Both the position numbers and the translations under genes were made by a program. Shown piece after piece: positions 51,322 to 64,000 of a stretch of DNA of 64,000 bases. The notes beneath the pieces were generated by a model, which saw nothing but the letters and a program-made list of their open reading frames with translations, was not told where the DNA came from and ran no database searches. The DNA comes from Myxococcales bacterium (lineage in GTDB: Bacteria > Myxococcota > Myxococcia > Myxococcales > JAKAPL01): positions 6,182-70,181 of the forward strand of contig JAJXUD010000013.1 in the NCBI GenBank assembly GCA_021783235.1, given 5' to 3'. The stretch's first letter is position 1; every line of letters begins with the position of its first letter.

Positions 51322-52806
51322 CTACCGCAGCAAGAAGGCGAAGGCCCGCCGCAGCCGCTTGAGCCAGACGTCCCCGTAGGGGTACTGCCAGGGCTTCGGA
51401 AGCGCCACGCGCTCCGTGTTGAAGTGGCGCATCATCGAGAGGTCCTTGAGGCCGTGCAGACCGTGGACGCGGCCGAGCCCCGAGTCCTTGACGCCGCCCC
51501 AAGGGGACTCGGGCAGCCCGTGGTGGAAGAGGACGTCGTTGACGATGACCGAACCGGCGACCAACCGGTCGGCCACGGCTTCGGCTCGCCGGCGGCTGCC
51601 GAAGACGTAGGCCGTGAGGCCGTACGCGCTGTCGTTCGCGAGCCTAACGGCCTCCTCAGTGTCCGCCACCGCCAGGATGGGGAGCACCGGACCGAACGTC
51701 TCCTCGCGCATGACCGTCATCCGCTGGGTGACCTCCACGAGAACCGTTGGGGGGAAGAAACGGCCCGGTCCGGGCGCGGGAGAGCCACCCGTCAGCGCCC
51801 GTGCCCCCTGTGCCACGGCCTCGTCGACATGGCGCTTCACGAGGTCGAGTTGCACGGGAGACACCATGGCGCCGACGTCCACCGACTCTTTCGACGGATC
51901 GCCCTGCTTGAGCGACCTCGTCAGCTCGACGACCCGCTCGGTGAAACGGTCGGCCACCGACCGCTCGACGTAGACCCGCTCCACCGAGGCGCAGACCTGG
52001 CCGGAGTTGGCGAAGGCGCCCCAGACCACTTGCCGCGCCGCCCGCTCGAGATCGGCGTCGTCCAGCACGATCGCCGGATCCTTGCCGCCGAGTTCGAGGA
52101 TACACGGGATGAGCCGGCGACCACAGGCCTCGGCGATCTTGCGGCCCGTCGCCACGGAACCCGTGAAGACGACCTGATCGACGCCCGCGTCGATCAGCGC
52201 CGCACCCGTGGGACCCTTTCCCACGACGACCCGGAAGAGATCCTCGGGGAGTCCCGCCCGAGTGAAGAGCTCTCGTGCCTTGAGCGCGACTCTCGGCGTC
52301 AGCTCGGACGGCTTCAAGACGACTGCGTTGCCCGCGGCGAGCGACATGACCACGTCGCCGACCGGAATACTGAAGGGGAAATTCCAGGGCGAGATGACCC
52401 CGACGACGCCGCGCGGAGACCAGCGAAGCCAGCTCTTCTTGTGCGGGAAGAGATGGAGCGGCAGCCGTTCGTCCGCGAGGAGCTTCCTCGCCCGCTGCGC
52501 ATAGAAGCGGGTGAGATCGGCGACGGTGAGAATCTCGGTGGTGAAGGCCTCGAAGCGCGGCTTGCCGACCTCGCGCACGAGGACGTCGGAGACCTCGTCC
52601 ACCGAACGAAGCAGTTCGTCCTTGAACCGGAGCAGGACGTCCCGTCTCCGCTCGAACGAGAGCGCCGCCCAGGCAGGCTGAGCACGCCGCGCCGCCGCCA
52701 CGGCAGCGCCAACCGCTTCGGGCGAGTCGACCGTGAGCGGGGGCTGAGGCTCCCCCGTCGCGGGCTCGGTGTTGACGATCGTCTCGACCTGAGCCTCGAC
52801 CCTCAT
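51322..52806 (-). CDS. NAD(P)-dependent aldehyde dehydrogenase family protein
   Basis: ORF 51322..52806(-), 494 aa. Blocks are ISPWNFPF, VLKPSELTP, VVFTGSVATGRKI, ELGGKDP and the catalytic Cys in FANSGQVCASVERVYV. Confidence 0.85.
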   Translation of the reverse strand: MRVEAQVETIVNTEPATGEPQPPLTVDSPEAVGAAVAAARRAQPAWAALSFERRRDVLLRFKDELLRSVDEVSDVLVREVGKPRFEAFTTEILTVADLTRFYAQRARKLLADERLPLHLFPHKKSWLRWSPRGVVGVISPWNFPFSIPVGDVVMSLAAGNAVVLKPSELTPRVALKARELFTRAGLPEDLFRVVVGKGPTGAALIDAGVDQVVFTGSVATGRKIAEACGRRLIPCILELGGKDPAIVLDDADLERAARQVVWGAFANSGQVCASVERVYVERSVADRFTERVVELTRSLKQGDPSKESVDVGAMVSPVQLDLVKRHVDEAVAQGARALTGGSPAPGPGRFFPPTVLVEVTQRMTVMREETFGPVLPILAVADTEEAVRLANDSAYGLTAYVFGSRRRAEAVADRLVAGSVIVNDVLFHHGLPESPWGGVKDSGLGRVHGLHGLKDLSMMRHFNTERVALPKPWQYPYGDVWLKRLRRAFAFLLR

Positions 52807-52849
52807 GAGCGCCTCCTGCCTCCGGGATCCCGGCCCGGTCCGCGGCGCC

Positions 52850-56989
<4,140 letters not shown>

Positions 56990-57079
56990 GGCCCTTCTCC
57001 TCGTCTGAAAATCGATGAGGAACCCAGGGAGCCGTGAACGGCCTCCTGGGCTCCTGGTTTCCTTAGAGCCAGAAGCCCG

Positions 57080-61288
<4,209 letters not shown>

Positions 61289-61393
61289 TCAAGCCTCCCC
61301 AGAGGGGTCTGTCGAAATCCATGTCGGACGCGCGTGGGCGCCCAGGGGCAAATCCAATCAACGCCTCGAGCCCGCGGGTTCATTCCGCAGGCG

Positions 61394-61435
61394 CGCGGTC
61401 CGGCGCGAGGCCTCGATGGCCCCGCGCCGGCCGCG
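61394..61435 (-). promoter_or_regulatory. long GC hairpin in the rplL-rpoB spacer (attenuator-like)
   Basis: On the minus strand, CGCGGCCGGCGCGGGG-ccatcgagg-CCTCGCGCCGGACCGCG forms about 15 bp with 2 mismatches. It lies 12 nt after the rplL stop and about 105 nt before the rpoB ATG. Confidence 0.4.
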
Positions 61436-61447
61436 ACCTTCCGAACG

Positions 61448-61831
61448 CTACTTGATCTCGACGGTGGCGCCGGCCTCCGCGAGCTTCTTCTTGATCTCCT
61501 CGGCCTCGGCCTTGGAGACGCCCTCCTTCACGGTCTTGGGCGCCCCGTCGACGAGGTCCTTCGCCTCCTTGAGGCCGAGGTTCGTGATCGCGCGAATCTC
61601 CTTGATCACGTTGATCTTCTTGTCGCCGGCGTTCGAGAGAACGACCGTGAACTCGGTCTTCTCCTCGGCCTTGGCGGCGCCCGCGGCGCCAGCTGCTCCG
61701 CCCGGCATCGCCATCGCCATCGGTGCCGCCGCGCTCACGCCCCACTTCTGCTCGAGCATCTTCACGAGCTCGGAAGCCTCGATGATCGTGAGCGAGCTCA
61801 GGTTGTCCGCGATCTGCTGCAAGTCTGCCAT
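61448..61831 (-). CDS. rplL: 50S ribosomal protein L7/L12
   Basis: ORF 61448..61831(-), 127 aa. It contains [21 protein letters not shown] and ends [41 protein letters not shown]. Confidence 0.95.
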   Translation of the reverse strand: MADLQQIADNLSSLTIIEASELVKMLEQKWGVSAAAPMAMAMPGGAAGAAGAAKAEEKTEFTVVLSNAGDKKINVIKEIRAITNLGLKEAKDLVDGAPKTVKEGVSKAEAEEIKKKLAEAGATVEIK

Positions 61832-61876
61832 GACGTACTCCGTTCGAGCGCGATCCGCGCCGGTGAAAGGGTCTTG

Positions 61877-62422
61877 CTACGCGTTTTGAGGGGTTTCGGC
61901 CTTCTTCGCGTGGGCATCCACCACGCGCGCGAGTTGCCCCGCGGGCGTGGCGATGAGCCGCGCGAGCTGGGAAGCGGGCGCCGCGAGGAGCCCCACGATC
62001 TTGCCGCGAAGCTCGGGCAAGCCGGGCATCGAGGAGAGCGCGCTGACGGCGGCCTTGTCGAGCCGCTTGCCGCTGACCACTCCCGCCTGGATCTGGAGCC
62101 AGCCCGAGCGCTCCTGGGGGAGCCCCTTCACGAACTGGGTCAGGATCTTGGCAGGCGTCACGGGATCCGCGTAGCCCATCGCCAGCGCCACGGGCCCCTT
62201 GAAGTCCTCGGCGAGGCCTTCGATGGGGGTGCCCTTGGCGGCGAGCTTCGCGAGCGTGTTCTTCACCACCCGGTACTCGATCCCCGCTTCCCGAAGCTGC
62301 TTTCGCAGGTCGGTCACGGTCGCCACGTCGATTCCGGCCAGACGGGTGACGATCCCCACCTCCGCCTTCGTCATCTTGGCGTGGAGCTCGTCGACCGCTT
62401 TCTGCTTTTGAGTGCGATCCAT
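61877..62422 (-). CDS. rplJ: 50S ribosomal protein L10
   Basis: ORF 61877..62422(-), 181 aa, beginning MDRTQKQKAVDELHAKMTKAEVGIVTRLAGIDVATVTDLRKQLREAGIEYRVVKNTLAKLA. Confidence 0.93.
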   Translation of the reverse strand: MDRTQKQKAVDELHAKMTKAEVGIVTRLAGIDVATVTDLRKQLREAGIEYRVVKNTLAKLAAKGTPIEGLAEDFKGPVALAMGYADPVTPAKILTQFVKGLPQERSGWLQIQAGVVSGKRLDKAAVSALSSMPGLPELRGKIVGLLAAPASQLARLIATPAGQLARVVDAHAKKAETPQNA

Positions 62423-62715
62423 CGTCCGTTCACCTCCTTCCCGGTTCTTCCTCGGCCAAGGCGCCCTGGAGGCGCCCGACGTACACTTCCTGGCCGAAGC
62501 AACCGGGAGGTCCGCTCACCTGCGCGCCGGCGGCATCGTCGCCCGCCGACTCTCGGATCGCAGCCCCGTCTCGGCAGGCTCGGCTCTCGCCGAATTCTCC
62601 CCGGCCTCCGCTCCACCTCGTCGCCCCAGCTGGGGTCGCACCGCGAGGAGGCTCGGCTGCCGGAGGACCTGCTGTCTCAGACCAGGCCCTACGACAAAAA
62701 CCCTTCGCTCGTCTC
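62423..62715 (-). promoter_or_regulatory. 293-nt structured rplA-rplJ spacer; candidate rplJ promoter plus L10-type autoregulatory leader
   Basis: The non-coding gap is unusually long. It contains several perfect palindromes or hairpins, for example GGCGCCctggaGGCGCC and CCCCAGCTGGGG. The only ORF here (62371..62616-) is Arg-rich junk. I cannot fold it or match it to the Rfam L10_leader by eye. Confidence 0.35.
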
Positions 62716-63429
62716 CTAGCGGTACTGGTTCGCGATCGCCTGGGCGTCCAGCTTGATCCCGGGACCCATGGTGGTCGAGAGGCAGATCGCCTCGAGGTAG
62801 GTCCCCTTCGCCGAGGCCGGCTTCGCCTTGAGGATCGTCTCGAGGAGCGCGTTGACGTTGTCCCGTAGCTTGTCCGCGCTGAAGCTCGCCTTGCCCACCG
62901 GCGCGTGGACGATCCCCGCCTTCTCGACGCGGAACTCCACCTTGCCGGCCTTGACCTCGCGAACCGCCTTGGCGACGTCCGCCGTGACCGTCCCGACCTT
63001 CGGGTTCGGCATGAGGCCGCGCGGGCCCAGGACCTTCCCGAGCCGGCCGACGACGCCCATCATGTCGGGGGTGGCGACGACCGTGTCGAAGTCCAAGAAG
63101 CCCTCCTCCACCCGCTTCGCGAGCTCCTCGGCGCCGACGATGTCCGCGCCCGCGGCCTCGGCCTCCCGCTGCTTTTCGCCCTTCGCGAAGACGAGGACCT
63201 TCTTGGTCTTGCCCGTACCGTGCGGCAGGACCACGGCACCGCGGACCATCTGGTCGGCGTGCTTCGGGTCGACGCCCAGGTTGATGGCGATGTCGACGGT
63301 CTGGTCGAACCGAACGGCGCGCGCCTCGGCGGTCTCCTTGAGCAGCTTGCAGGCGTCGTCGACGCCGTAGTGCTTGGTCCGGTCGACCTTCTCGACGGCG
63401 GCGCGGAACTTCTTGGCGATGCGAGGCAT
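62716..63429 (-). CDS. rplA: 50S ribosomal protein L1
   Basis: ORF 62716..63429(-), 237 aa. It begins [26 protein letters not shown] and contains [29 protein letters not shown] and [14 protein letters not shown]. Confidence 0.95.
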   Translation of the reverse strand: MPRIAKKFRAAVEKVDRTKHYGVDDACKLLKETAEARAVRFDQTVDIAINLGVDPKHADQMVRGAVVLPHGTGKTKKVLVFAKGEKQREAEAAGADIVGAEELAKRVEEGFLDFDTVVATPDMMGVVGRLGKVLGPRGLMPNPKVGTVTADVAKAVREVKAGKVEFRVEKAGIVHAPVGKASFSADKLRDNVNALLETILKAKPASAKGTYLEAICLSTTMGPGIKLDAQAIANQYR

Positions 63430-63449
63430 GACTTTTCCCTTTCGACCGA

Positions 63450-63878
63450 TCAGCCGACGACGTCGATTCCCATGCTACGGGCGGTCCCCTCGATGGAGCG
63501 GACCGCCGCCTCGATCGAGCCCGCGGTCAGATCCGGGAGCTTGAGCTTTGCGATCTCCTCGACCTGCTTGCGCGAGACCTGGCCGACCTTCTCCTTGCCG
63601 GTCTTCTGGGCGCCCTTCGCGACCTTGGCGGCCTTGAGGAGCAGCACGCTCGCGGGGGGCGTCTTGCAGATGAAGGAGAACGACCGATCGGCGTAGATGG
63701 TGATGACGACCGGAATGATGAGGTCGTCCTTCGCCTGGGCCTGCGTCTGGGCGTTGAACTCCTTGCAGAACTGCATGATGTTCACACCGTGCTGGCCCAG
63801 CGCCGGGCCGACCGGCGGCGCCGGGTTGGCCTTCCCGGCGGGGACCTGCAGCTTCACCTGTCCGACGACCTTCTTCAT
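63450..63878 (-). CDS. rplK: 50S ribosomal protein L11
   Basis: ORF 63450..63878(-), 142 aa, beginning [43 protein letters not shown]. Confidence 0.95.
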   Translation of the reverse strand: MKKVVGQVKLQVPAGKANPAPPVGPALGQHGVNIMQFCKEFNAQTQAQAKDDLIIPVVITIYADRSFSFICKTPPASVLLLKAAKVAKGAQKTGKEKVGQVSRKQVEEIAKLKLPDLTAGSIEAAVRSIEGTARSMGIDVVG

Positions 63879-63938
63879 CGCATTCTCCTCCGAGCCTGCC
63901 TGGGGCCTAACCTCGCGGCGCGAGGCTCTCCCGGGGCG

Positions 63939-64000
63939 CTAGGTCTTCTCCACCTGCATGAAGTCGAGCTCGACCGGCGTGGCGCGGCCGAAGATGCTGA
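63939..64000 (-). CDS. nusG: transcription antiterminator NusG, C-terminal 19 codons only (5' part outside the window)
   Basis: My own translation of the window edge reads ..SIFGRATPVELDFMQVEKT*, matching the conserved KOW-domain end of NusG. It sits at the expected position upstream of rplK. Confidence 0.7.
   Translation of the reverse strand, partial: SIFGRATPVELDFMQVEKT

Overview
64 kb of very GC-rich DNA (roughly 70% by eye, not computed). It is gene-dense, with about 55 supportable protein genes. I saw no rRNA, tRNA, CRISPR array, transposase or integrase. The taxonomic signal points to Myxococcota: a MYXO-CTERM sorting tail, an AgmX/PglI-type TonB-like domain, a Glt/Nfs gene set, and many lipoproteins, TPR proteins and sigma54 elements.

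Layout:
- 32-64 kb is almost entirely minus strand and mostly core information-processing DNA. In transcription order: nusG (partial), rplK, rplA, rplJ, rplL, rpoB, rpoC, an aldehyde dehydrogenase, a low-coding 1 kb gap, apt, an isolated rplC, an eight-gene Glt/Nfs-type trans-envelope operon, rpsP-KH-rimM-trmD-rplS, an atypical SMC-like protein, yraN and rsmI.
- 15-32 kb holds a lipoprotein phosphoesterase / lipoprotein / OM-barrel operon, a small secreted protein paired with a QExxH metzincin-like MYXO-CTERM protein, a ccsA-like-hemA-hemC-hemD operon, and a sigma54 activator next to an OM barrel.
- 0-15 kb holds nadD (partial), a DUF1343/NamZ-like gene, a TPR lipoprotein, a CheY-like receiver, kamD without kamE, an ECF sigma / FecR anti-sigma / Cys-repeat lipoprotein module, a PLC-like protein, a family-4 UDG, kdd and an APC permease.

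Most of the long ORFs in the six-frame track are Arg/Pro/Ala-rich off-frame or antisense artefacts of the GC content and were discarded. Several starts were moved to internal start codons supported by signal peptides or Shine-Dalgarno sequences.

All family assignments come from my recall of motifs, not from database searches. The most interesting items are:
- the single-operon Glt/Nfs machine embedded between ribosomal loci;
- the orphan rplC;
- the phosphoesterase/OB-like lipoprotein/OM-barrel operon;
- the QExxH metzincin pair;
- the degenerate membrane-anchored SMC-like protein;
- the kamD gene with no kamE;
- a sigma54-type promoter driving tiny ORFs.
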